This document shows positions 7,391 to 14,859 of a stretch of 64,000 bases of DNA, piece after piece. A program made the position numbers and the translations under genes. The stretch lies in the IMG/VR virus record IMGVR_UViG_3300050015_000167, positions 1 through 64,000 of that record. One strand, 5' to 3'. This DNA comes from a virus. Below the pieces are notes generated by a model. The model did no database searches. It saw only the letters and a list, made by a program, of their open reading frames with translations, and was not told the DNA's origin. The first letter of the stretch is position 1. The number at the start of each line of letters is the position of its first letter.

Positions 7391-7403
7391 ACTCCCCAAG
7401 ACC

Positions 7404-7460
7404 CTGTTATCATAACAGAATTATCTTGACATCCCCAGTGGACTATGTTATCATTGTTAT
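7404..7460 (+). promoter_or_regulatory. early promoter cassette
   Basis: CTGTTATCATAACAG 7404-7418; TTGACA 7426-7431; 17 bp; TATCAT 7449-7454; 6 nt; ATG 7461. Confidence 0.7.
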
Positions 7461-7739
7461 ATGACAAGTTTAGAAATGCAGAAGGCCATCGGCCAGCCCG
7501 TGATATACGAGAGCCACGGCCTCCGTTTTGTATGCGTGGTGAGGGATGTAAAGGTCTCTTATGGACAACCACGCTTCCTGATTACGCCAATGATGGGAAC
7601 AGGAGAGACCTTTGTAGAGATTGGCACGATTTCACCGATGCCAGCGGATAAGAACCAATTGCGATATACACCGGAACGCCACGTGAGCCCGGGGTACGCT
7701 GCCCTCCCTAGTGGTCAGAACGGAATGATTGTCCGTTAG
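7461..7739 (+). CDS. hypothetical early protein (92 aa)
   Basis: Starts 6 nt after the -10 box. Confidence 0.6.
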   Translation: MTSLEMQKAIGQPVIYESHGLRFVCVVRDVKVSYGQPRFLITPMMGTGETFVEIGTISPMPADKNQLRYTPERHVSPGYAALPSGQNGMIVR

Positions 7740-7750
7740 TGAAATAGTTG

Positions 7751-7785
7751 TTGACATCCGCCAACGATTGTGAGATACTAATTAC
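7751..7785 (+). promoter_or_regulatory. sigma70-like promoter, leaderless geometry, no palindrome
   Basis: TTGACA 7751-7756; 17 bp; TGaGATACT (-10 at 7774-7779); 6 nt; ATG 7786. Confidence 0.65.
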
Positions 7786-7965
7786 ATGAGCAAATCGAGT
7801 AACACACCGGGCGCCGCACGAGCGCATTATGAGACGCGCAAAGCGAATCGCCCCGTCCAGATCTGGAAAAAGGCTTTGAAGTCGAAGCCCGGTGTCCCCT
7901 CCACGCGCATTGCCGCGGCCAAGGGTGAAGTGGGAGCCATCCCAGTCAAGTCGTTTTCGAAGTAA
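7786..7965 (+). CDS. hypothetical basic protein (59 aa, below ORF-track cutoff)
   Basis: Hand translation MSKSSNTPGAARAHYETRKANRPVQIWKK...; TAA 7963-7965. Confidence 0.45.
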   Translation: MSKSSNTPGAARAHYETRKANRPVQIWKKALKSKPGVPSTRIAAAKGEVGAIPVKSFSK

Positions 7966-7977
7966 AGGAGCCACACC

Positions 7978-8112
7978 ATGAAGGATTTCGCCGTCGTCAC
8001 GGATTGCCGGACGTATTTCGCTACGTCCGTTGCCGCTAACGTTTACGGATGGGCCACAGGCGGCACCGTCGAAGTCTGGACAAAGAACGGCTGGAAGCCG
8101 TTGAAGGGATAA
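7978..8112 (+). CDS. hypothetical small protein (44 aa)
   Basis: AAGGAG before ATG 7978; TAA 8110-8112. Confidence 0.4.
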   Translation: MKDFAVVTDCRTYFATSVAANVYGWATGGTVEVWTKNGWKPLKG

Positions 8113-8156
8113 GTTTCATACCCGGAGAAGTAGCGCTAAAATTCTCCGATCGCTAG

Positions 8157-8208
8157 CCGGAAGGTGAGCTATAGAGGTCTGCGACCTCCATTGGCCCTTC
8201 CGGTTTTT
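8157..8208 (+). terminator. compound hairpin terminator
   Basis: CCGGAAGG...CCTTCCGG enclosing GAGGTC-TGC-GACCTC, followed by TTTTT. Confidence 0.65.
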
Positions 8209-8224
8209 CTTTGTGACCAAGGTT

Positions 8225-8238
8225 CTATTATCATAACG
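8225..8238. promoter_or_regulatory. degenerate copy of the palindrome
   Basis: CTATTATCATAACG; no well-spaced promoter follows. Confidence 0.4.
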
Positions 8239-8402
8239 AAAGCTTGATATAGACCGCTCTAATAGCGTGGCCACTGTATACTAAATGATGCGATTTCTAC
8301 CCCTACAATGACGCTGGCTGCATTTGTCCATACCCCCTGATACTACAGCATGGGCCGGCCAGCCGACGCAGCCAAGGGCTCGGTATCGATAACGAATAGT
8401 GC

Positions 8403-8436
8403 TTGACTATTAGAACTACCTGTGTTAGTATAGATC
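8403..8436 (+). promoter_or_regulatory. sigma70-like promoter, leaderless geometry
   Basis: TTGACT 8403-8408; 17 bp; TAGTAT 8426-8431; 5 nt; ATG 8437. Confidence 0.65.
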
Positions 8437-8625
8437 ATGGCATTCAATGAAGTAGCTTTCAGAGCGGATCCCGATTCGTTTGATATCAGGGTTTGCGCGG
8501 AAGAGACCGTACTCGGTATGCCTGGTATGGCATTCTTACAATGGAGAGACGCATTCTTGGACACCAAGCCCGGCGTATTCATGCTCCACAAAGCCGAGTG
8601 TCTAATAGATCCATGCGGAAAATAG
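8437..8625 (+). CDS. hypothetical early protein (62 aa)
   Basis: Starts 5 nt after the -10 box. Confidence 0.5.
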   Translation: MAFNEVAFRADPDSFDIRVCAEETVLGMPGMAFLQWRDAFLDTKPGVFMLHKAECLIDPCGK

Positions 8626-8732
8626 TACACATGATGATCCTGTGGACATGGATGATGCCGTGTCCACAGACCCAAGTGGCAACGTTGATTGTCATAGGGA
8701 TATGGATATGGAATCGGAAAGCTTCCAAGGAC

Positions 8733-8783
8733 CCGTTATGATAACGGTGTCTATTAGAACGGAAGCTCCTGTTATGATAACGG
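8733..8783. promoter_or_regulatory. pair of palindromes 36 bp apart without an obvious promoter
   Basis: CCGTTATGATAACGG 8733-8747 (perfect 15-mer) and CTGTTATGATAACGG 8769-8783. Confidence 0.55.
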
Positions 8784-8800
8784 TACCTTGGGGCCTGGAA

Positions 8801-8835
8801 ATGCCCTCCGGGGAGAACCGGAGGGCATGGTTTTT
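8801..8835 (+). terminator. strong rho-independent terminator at the switch to leftward genes
   Basis: ATGCCCTCCGG-6 nt-CCGGAGGGCAT followed by GGTTTTT. Confidence 0.7.
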
Positions 8836-8978
8836 ACCGGGGCATTGCCCGCAGTCTGATGTGAGGTGGTGATGTCCAGGTCAGGGTCTCGGCGGCCCGC
8901 TGGCGTTTGCAATCTGCGATGAACCGTTTCCAGGTACGGAGTATGGACTTCATTTTACCCTCCCAGGAGAAACCCCGC

Positions 8979-9347
8979 TTATGCGGGGTTGAGCATTTTC
9001 GCTTTCGCTTTGGCTTCGATCATTTCGAGTAGCTGCCCGCGATACTTGGCAATCGTGGGGACGGGGACGGTGCCGCGTTTCCAGGGGCGGCGGCAATTGC
9101 GCAGGTCGTCGGCGGTCAGATGGCCCCCGGCGAGTATCACGCGAGCATAGTTCCCGAATTCGCGGGCGTCGGCGACCTGGAAGCCTACGGTGTTTTTGAC
9201 GTAGGTCTCGCCCGTCTGTTTTTCTACTTCGGTCTGGCGTTTATACAGTGCGACGATGGCCATCTCGACCCATGCGTCATTAGTCGAAAGCATATCGAGG
9301 ATCTTTGCTTTCGTCCAGTCGGTTACTTTGTTGTAATTAACGTACAT
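8979..9347 (-). CDS. hypothetical protein (122 aa)
   Basis: ORF track 8979..9398. Minus-strand TTGCAA-16 bp-TACTAT lies at 9384-9357, 9 nt before ATG 9347. The spacer contains a CGTTATCAT half-site. Confidence 0.55.
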   Translation of the reverse strand: MYVNYNKVTDWTKAKILDMLSTNDAWVEMAIVALYKRQTEVEKQTGETYVKNTVGFQVADAREFGNYARVILAGGHLTADDLRNCRRPWKRGTVPVPTIAKYRGQLLEMIEAKAKAKMLNPA

Positions 9348-9586
9348 AACATAATCATAGTAGCATGATAACGGGTGCTTGCAACATGTTTTTATCATAA
9401 TCGAACATTAAAATCTGTTAATGTTCCAACAGGGCCACCTGTGGTGCGCCCACTGTGGCGTGAGATATAAGCGCCCAGGGGCGGATTACAGCGTAGTCCA
9501 ACTATAGCGGAATTCCAAGCTTTTGTCAAGTATCCGAACATTAAAGTTTTTTAATAATTCAACGTCGAAAAAACTTCAGAATTCGC

Positions 9587-9620
9587 TTGACCCAGGGGGT
9601 GCGCTCTGCTACTATGAATC
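9587..9620 (+). promoter_or_regulatory. sigma70-like promoter, leaderless geometry
   Basis: TTGACC 9587-9592; 17 bp; TACTAT 9610-9615; 5 nt; ATG 9621. Confidence 0.6.
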
Positions 9621-9764
9621 ATGATTGAAACGACGATACAGAGCGCAAAAAACCTAATCGACTCGAATCCGGGCGCGGCCGCCGCTGCCATCGCCTTGGG
9701 AGTCTTTATCGCCGCCGCTTATCTCATCGTTTCGTTCTATAAAATTTACACAGGAGCTCACTAA
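9621..9764 (+). CDS. small membrane peptide (47 aa)
   Basis: Hand translation MIETTIQSAKNLIDSNPGAAAAAIALGVFIAAAYLIVSFYKIYTGAH; TAA 9762-9764. Confidence 0.4.
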   Translation: MIETTIQSAKNLIDSNPGAAAAAIALGVFIAAAYLIVSFYKIYTGAH

Positions 9765-9765
9765 A

Positions 9766-10221
9766 ATGTCATTCAAACGCCTCGAAGGTCTCACCGCGAA
9801 GGGTACGCCGATCACCCTGTTCCGCGCAATTGTTGTTAACGCCGAGCAATTCAAGCTGGCCCAAGATATGATCGCCGCCAACAACGGCGAGCCCCTGATG
9901 ACCCGCAAAGTCATCCTGTCCATGAATGAAGCCCTACGCCCCGGGAAAGCATACATGCCGTACTTCATTTCCAAGAACGTCGCCTGCAAGACCAAGACGT
10001 TCGGTGTTTACGACCTGTCTAAACTGAAGCTTTCGGCCGCCGCGAAGGCCGCTGCCGTCGAAACCCCCGCGCCCGAATCGACACCGATCTCCGCGCCGAA
10101 GACCAAGCGCGTCCGCGCAAAGCGCGAATCCAAGCCGAAGCTTGGGCAGCCCGAAACCCCCGTCGCCGAGTCGGTCGAGCACCCGCCCCTGGGCATCGAA
10201 GCCCCCGCCGTCACCGAGTAA
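9766..10221 (+). CDS. paralog of 5352..5777 (globular N-domain + basic/Pro-rich tail)
   Basis: AGGAG before ATG. Shares a 47-bp identical stretch (9937-9983) with 5523-5569. Confidence 0.7.
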   Translation: MSFKRLEGLTAKGTPITLFRAIVVNAEQFKLAQDMIAANNGEPLMTRKVILSMNEALRPGKAYMPYFISKNVACKTKTFGVYDLSKLKLSAAAKAAAVETPAPESTPISAPKTKRVRAKRESKPKLGQPETPVAESVEHPPLGIEAPAVTE

Positions 10222-10322
10222 GTTCTGATAGAATCTCCTCTCCCGAATCGCTCCCCGCTCCCCGGGGGGCTTTTTCAGGCCTACGCGTTATGTAAGTAAC
10301 CACTTACTTACTTCGCAAGGTC

Positions 10323-10336
10323 CCGTTATCATAACC
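10323..10336. promoter_or_regulatory. palindrome copy between convergent terminators
   Basis: CCGTTATCATAACC preceded by CAAGGTC. Confidence 0.5.
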
Positions 10337-10350
10337 GAAGCTTGGGCCTG

Positions 10351-10377
10351 AAAAAGCCCCCGACCGAAGCCGGGGGC
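10351..10377 (-). terminator. rho-independent terminator of the leftward gene
   Basis: Minus strand reads GCCCCCG-8 nt-CGGGGGC followed by TTTTT. Confidence 0.65.
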
Positions 10378-10393
10378 GAAGGACTGGGCGATT

Positions 10394-10717
10394 TTAGCAG
10401 AGTTTCGAAATTTGGGTCGACGCGGTGATAGCGCCCGTCTGAAAGCGGCCGAAGTGGCGAATAACGAAGGGCTGAACCTCGCGGAGGTCAACGTCGGGGT
10501 TGCTCTGCGGATACGTCATATTCGCGGAGATCCCGTTGTTTTTGAGAAGACGAAAGCGGGAGCGGCGAAGCTTGTAAGCGGCGAAGGTCGTCGGCGTCTC
10601 GCCCGCTAACAGTTTGGCGATAAGCTTCAACGAGCCGGCAATGTGGCCTTGCTTGCGGGCGAGGAGGTTGCTGTTTTTGCGCTGTTCCCGGCGCAGGGTT
10701 TTCTCGGTTTTGGTCAT
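10394..10717 (-). CDS. hypothetical basic protein (107 aa)
   Basis: GC-rich ORF followed by a terminator; Arg/Lys-rich N-terminus. Confidence 0.55.
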   Translation of the reverse strand: MTKTEKTLRREQRKNSNLLARKQGHIAGSLKLIAKLLAGETPTTFAAYKLRRSRFRLLKNNGISANMTYPQSNPDVDLREVQPFVIRHFGRFQTGAITASTQISKLC

Positions 10718-10725
10718 TTGTCTCC

Positions 10726-10890
10726 TTAGAAGTCTTCAGATGCAATGAAGGCGCGCCATGCGGGGAGCTCCCAGCCGTCGGGCGCATTGTAGTACAGATT
10801 CGAATGGGTCGAGCATTCCACGCGCAATTCAGCGATTAGCGCGGGGTCGTTTGTTTTCTTGACGTTGATGTAGTCGGCTAGCGTGCTCAT
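10726..10890 (-). CDS. hypothetical small protein (54 aa)
   Basis: ORF track 10726..10956. A minus-strand TTGACG promoter-like element lies inside 10891-10956, so ATG 10890 (MSTLADYINV) is preferred. Confidence 0.45.
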   Translation of the reverse strand: MSTLADYINVKKTNDPALIAELRVECSTHSNLYYNAPDGWELPAWRAFIASEDF

Positions 10891-11097
10891 ATTCAATCTC
10901 ACTGTACTGTATACACTATGGGCTAGTTCCGAGCGCACGTCAAGAGAAATCTGCATTATTCTTTATTAAGATTTGTTAATGAATACACTTTGTACACCTG
11001 TACAATCGTAGAATGCTCTGTGCTGCGTCGGGGCTCAAGTGAGTACAACTACTCAAGTTAGCATCGCCGAGCGCATCACAAGCTTAACACGCTGAAT

Positions 11098-11364
11098 ATG
11101 CATAGCTACACACGATGTACGAATGCTCTGGTTACCCCTGGTTTGACGCTGGCTGGGTTTCTGGGTCAATCTGATGGTTTAGCATGGGCCCAGGGTTATA
11201 AATCGATTCTAGAGCATTCTAGCGAATGGATTAAAGAAAAGGATGAGATTGAAGCGGCAATGTGTATGAAAGCAAAGGGGATAGGGGTTTGGGAGTATAT
11301 GCAAGTGAATTGCAGGTACTCGGAAGTTATTGAGGCCATTGGGGTTAGCTGGGAGTGCGTTTAG
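11098..11364 (+). CDS. hypothetical protein (88 aa) in the compositional transition zone
   Basis: ORF only; intermediate GC; no clear promoter or SD. Confidence 0.3.
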   Translation: MHSYTRCTNALVTPGLTLAGFLGQSDGLAWAQGYKSILEHSSEWIKEKDEIEAAMCMKAKGIGVWEYMQVNCRYSEVIEAIGVSWECV

Positions 11365-11542
11365 GGAATCATAAAAGTGGGAAATCGAGAGTAGATACTA
11401 TCGATTAAAGTTTGTGTTCGTATGTGTGTATCAAAGAATTCCCATTCCAAAAAATTTTTCTGGAGGACATAGAGGACTCAGTGGACCTTTGTGTCCATTC
11501 GTGATTCGAGAATATCATAATACTCAATGATAAATAGAGAAT

Positions 11543-11902
11543 ATGATAACCGAAACCGAATTGAAACTGATCCGTAAACAACAAAAAGAAGTTAGAGATC
11601 GATATAAACAAAATCATCCAGAAGGAGCAATGGACGCTCATCGTCAAAAGAAATACGGAATCACTCCTGAACAATTTCATTCTCTTATATTAAAACAAAA
11701 TAATTGTTGTGCGATTTGTGGTAAACCTGAGACCATAAAATGGAGAGGAAAAATTAAAAAACTTGCTATAGACCATAACCACGATACAGGAAAAATTCGT
11801 GGGTTATTATGTCATTTCTGTAATGTCGGTATAGGACAATTTAGAGATTCTTTACCATTACTACAAAAAGCTATGGACTATATCAAATTACATGATTCTT
11901 AA
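11543..11902 (+). CDS. endonuclease VII-type HNH endonuclease (free-standing)
   Basis: CAICGK...LAIDHNHDTGKIRGLLCHFCNVGIGQF matches the C.IC...DHdH.TG.vRGlLC..CN..lG signature of the T4 endo VII family. Confidence 0.8.
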   Translation: MITETELKLIRKQQKEVRDRYKQNHPEGAMDAHRQKKYGITPEQFHSLILKQNNCCAICGKPETIKWRGKIKKLAIDHNHDTGKIRGLLCHFCNVGIGQFRDSLPLLQKAMDYIKLHDS

Positions 11903-11919
11903 ACCAAAAAATTTTTTAC

Positions 11920-12090
11920 TTAGGAAATATTTTTAATTATAAACCAGGGATTTAATGCTTGTTCAGAAACATGTGCTATGCCTAAACCTTGTGGTGTTTT
12001 CACAAACACATAATCAGGAGGTAATGATATATCAACTTCTACAGGCTTACCAAAAATGGCTAGTAATTGCTCTTCCGTATCAATTATCAT
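11920..12090 (-). CDS. hypothetical small protein (56 aa)
   Basis: Hand translation MIIDTEEQLLAIFGKPVEVD...; starts 1 nt after the stop of 12092..13144. Confidence 0.3.
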   Translation of the reverse strand: MIIDTEEQLLAIFGKPVEVDISLPPDYVFVKTPQGLGIAHVSEQALNPWFIIKNIS

Positions 12091-12091
12091 G

Positions 12092-13144
12092 TTATGGCAT
12101 CTCCGGTAATTTATCTTTTACGTCCGAATGAAGCTTTTCAAATTGAGGCCAGAAATCTTTTGGATTGATATGATAACCGGTAAGATCACCAGTGCCATCA
12201 GGAAATGTAATTTCGTAATAGCCAAAGAACGCGCCACCCATATGAGCAACTGGCTTTTCATTTTCGTCCATAATATCGACCATCGAATCAGCAATCTTGA
12301 AACGACACTTACCTTTATGTACACCAGGATGCCAGTCGCAATACACAGGCACAGTGATATAACCTACTGGCTCTTTAGGCGCTTCTTTGTCCCAATTGAC
12401 GATTTCATCCTTTTCTATTTCGAATTCGATCTCTGGCAGAACTTCATCCACATCTGTTTCGATGTATGATATTCCGGGTGAGGGAAGCAAAGCTTTAACA
12501 GGTGTGTCAACATTATTATCAATTTCGACGCTGGATACTCCTGGTGAAATGTAGTTTCGGCCGTCTTCGCCAACCCATTCAGAAGTGTAGCCTTCTGGAC
12601 GTCTCAACTCTCTTCCTTCGGATTGAGTTTCTTTGATTATGGAATCTGTAGCAGTCAGAATGCTAATAGCCTCATCTTGATATGTGGCTTCGAAGACCTT
12701 ATCATGATCTGGTGACGGTAGACCGAAACTATCTCGGAACCATTGTGGAATAGGATCTTCTAGTTTTCCGTCGTCATTAATGACATTGAACATTTCGGAC
12801 ATACCCAATTGTTCAATTTCGTATTGGACAGAATTTCTATATGTAAAGCCAGAAGCGACCATCACAACAGCATTAGGATTATCATGAGCCCATTGAACAA
12901 TGGCATGAGCATTGGATTCCATAAGATCATTGCCTGGTAACATTCCACCGAAGTCATAGACAACCAGATCGGTTCCGGGATCGATAGAACCCGGGCACCA
13001 TACATGCTGGAACCTGATTTCTGCGGGAGCAAGTAGTTCGGTAAAGGTTCTCTTATGGGTCTCTACTTCATCCTCAGCGGTGACATCACCGAAGGCGTGA
13101 CCCATCGGGTCTACAAGAATCGCAACTTTAAGATGTATGTTCAT
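12092..13144 (-). CDS. hypothetical protein (350 aa)
   Basis: Long clean ORF; no motif recognised. Confidence 0.7.
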   Translation of the reverse strand: MNIHLKVAILVDPMGHAFGDVTAEDEVETHKRTFTELLAPAEIRFQHVWCPGSIDPGTDLVVYDFGGMLPGNDLMESNAHAIVQWAHDNPNAVVMVASGFTYRNSVQYEIEQLGMSEMFNVINDDGKLEDPIPQWFRDSFGLPSPDHDKVFEATYQDEAISILTATDSIIKETQSEGRELRRPEGYTSEWVGEDGRNYISPGVSSVEIDNNVDTPVKALLPSPGISYIETDVDEVLPEIEFEIEKDEIVNWDKEAPKEPVGYITVPVYCDWHPGVHKGKCRFKIADSMVDIMDENEKPVAHMGGAFFGYYEITFPDGTGDLTGYHINPKDFWPQFEKLHSDVKDKLPEMP

Positions 13145-13211
13145 AATAATATCATATCACAAAAAATCGTGGGTGTCAAGAGAATATACATATTCTTATA
13201 CGAGGATACTA

Positions 13212-13502
13212 ATGTTTGCTGATTTGATTCTCTATACCGAACCGGTAAGACCAGTTATTAATCCGATGTTCGATCTTTTTGCTTTTCTGGATTTGAAACA
13301 TATTCCGCCAATCCTACCTGCGAAGGTTGTGGACCATGTAGAATTGCGCTTACCAGAAAAGTGTAAAGAAATGGACTTCTTTCCAGATGATATTTGGGAT
13401 TTTATCTTGTGGCAGACAGAAGAGAAAGGTTATACGGTGGTTCGGTATGTAGATTCAAATTGGCTATATTGGGCCCTTTTGGTCAATAAATTAAAACACT
13501 AA
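13212..13502 (+). CDS. hypothetical protein (96 aa)
   Basis: ORF track 13137..13502 would overlap the divergent gene start; internal ATG 13212 preferred. Confidence 0.4.
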   Translation: MFADLILYTEPVRPVINPMFDLFAFLDLKHIPPILPAKVVDHVELRLPEKCKEMDFFPDDIWDFILWQTEEKGYTVVRYVDSNWLYWALLVNKLKH

Positions 13503-13563
13503 ATAGAAGTGATACCTTAATATAATAATAAAGGTCATCGAATTTAGAAAGGATCTAAAAACA

Positions 13564-13881
13564 ATGGCACAGACAGTAAGCGTTCAATATCAGATTAAGC
13601 AATACGGACTTCAGGGTAATGGTGCGGGAGCATTAGGAGCTCTACCTTATCAGTTGATTATCCACTTTCTTAGCGAATCTGAAGCAAGCGTAAAGAATGT
13701 ATTTCTTGGCGACTTCGACACGATTGCCCATGCAAAATATGCGGCAGTAGCATTTTTAACTAATGGATGGGTAACCGGTACTTTCTCAACAGCAGATACA
13801 TATTGGTCTCCTGCGGCAGCGGTAACAACGGCGGCAGAAGTTCTAAGTACGGTAGCCGTATTTACATTACAAGAAAGCTAA
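13564..13881 (+). CDS. small protein, paralog of 14388..14657
   Basis: Shares SEASVKNVFLGDF / SEASPKNVWLKDY and overall layout with the gene on the other side of the GIY-YIG gene. Confidence 0.6.
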   Translation: MAQTVSVQYQIKQYGLQGNGAGALGALPYQLIIHFLSESEASVKNVFLGDFDTIAHAKYAAVAFLTNGWVTGTFSTADTYWSPAAAVTTAAEVLSTVAVFTLQES

Positions 13882-13882
13882 A

Positions 13883-14407
13883 ATGAAACACAAGTATTCG
13901 GTGTATAAGCATACGAATACTATTTCTCGTAAAGCTTATATTGGATATACAAAGAAAACTATGAAACAAAGATGGAGCGACCATTTATATCGTTCCAGAA
14001 AATATAGTTTTGATAGAAAATTCGATAATGCTTTACGGGAATATCCGATGAATTTATGGGAAAATGAAATTTTATTTTCTGATATTAAAACTTTAGAAAA
14101 AGTCAAAAAATTAGAAATTGAAATGATTTCCAAATATGATACCTTCAATAATGGATACAATAGTAATCCAGGTGGAGGAGGTCACATACATTCTAAAGAA
14201 ACTAATTTGAAAATATCTAATTCTAAAAAGGGTCATTCTTATAATTTAGGATCTAAGCGTTCTGAAGAAACGAAAAAGAAAATGTCTCTTTCCAAGTTAG
14301 GAAATAAAAATTGTTTAGGACGTATTTTATCCAAAAAAACTAAAAAACAAATTAGTGTTTCTGAAAAGAAAACCAAAGGAGAAAAACGTGTTTCAATTTT
14401 ATATTAA
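13883..14407 (+). CDS. GIY-YIG homing endonuclease with NUMOD3-like repeats
   Basis: YSVYKHTN...KAYIGYTKKTMKQRWSDH (GIY-YIG); C-terminal KKGHSYNLGSKRSEETKKKMS repeats. Confidence 0.85.
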   Translation: MKHKYSVYKHTNTISRKAYIGYTKKTMKQRWSDHLYRSRKYSFDRKFDNALREYPMNLWENEILFSDIKTLEKVKKLEIEMISKYDTFNNGYNSNPGGGGHIHSKETNLKISNSKKGHSYNLGSKRSEETKKKMSLSKLGNKNCLGRILSKKTKKQISVSEKKTKGEKRVSILY

Positions 14408-14657
14408 ACGGTATGGAACATGGGGAGATAATGCGGATCTTACTAGTGCGTATCCTCCTACTTCGTTCCAATTAACACTCAGAGTGGTAGGCGTTTCAGA
14501 AGCCTCACCCAAAAACGTGTGGTTGAAAGACTATACCTCACTAGCACTAGCTAAAAATGGAGCGGCTGCATTATTCGCATCAGGAACAGTAACACCCTGG
14601 GTAGATAATGCCAACTCTTATGAAAGCTTAAGCGCAGTATTCACACCTACTTTCTAG
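14388..14657 (+). CDS. small protein, paralog of 13564..13881
   Basis: AAGGAG then GTG 14388 (ORF track start 14355); overlaps the 3' end of the endonuclease gene. Confidence 0.55.
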   Translation: MFQFYIKRYGTWGDNADLTSAYPPTSFQLTLRVVGVSEASPKNVWLKDYTSLALAKNGAAALFASGTVTPWVDNANSYESLSAVFTPTF

Positions 14658-14680
14658 GGTCAGTTTGTTGTGAATCCAAG

Positions 14681-14715
14681 AAAAAGGGTTGTCTCTTCGG
14701 AGACAACCCTTTTTC
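14681..14715. terminator. bidirectional rho-independent terminator
   Basis: AAAAA-GGGTTGTCTC-TTCG-GAGACAACCC-TTTTT between convergent gene sets. Confidence 0.8.
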
Positions 14716-14859
14716 ATTATACGGAGGGGATATGAAAGTTAAAAGCGTATTCATACCGTTATGGATTGGTTGGGGCATTTCAATAATGCCAAAAAGTAGT
14801 ATGAGAATGATTCAAGATAAACGGCCAGATTTATTTGGACCGAATTCTCCTTATAGCAT

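Noticed and set aside
986-10336. Palindrome CTGT-N7-ACAG considered as a LexA SOS box or a Fur box
   Set aside because: The gammaproteobacterial LexA box is CTGT-N8-ACAG (one base longer). The Fur box shares only an ATGATAA core. I cannot assign the site to a known regulator from sequence alone.
10265-10361. 17-bp perfect inverted repeat GGGGGCTTTTTCAGGCC / GGCCTGAAAAAGCCCCC flanking a palindrome copy, considered as a MITE-like element
   Set aside because: The arms coincide with the G-rich stem plus T-tract ends of two convergent terminators (for 9766..10221 and 10394..10717), which explains the symmetry.
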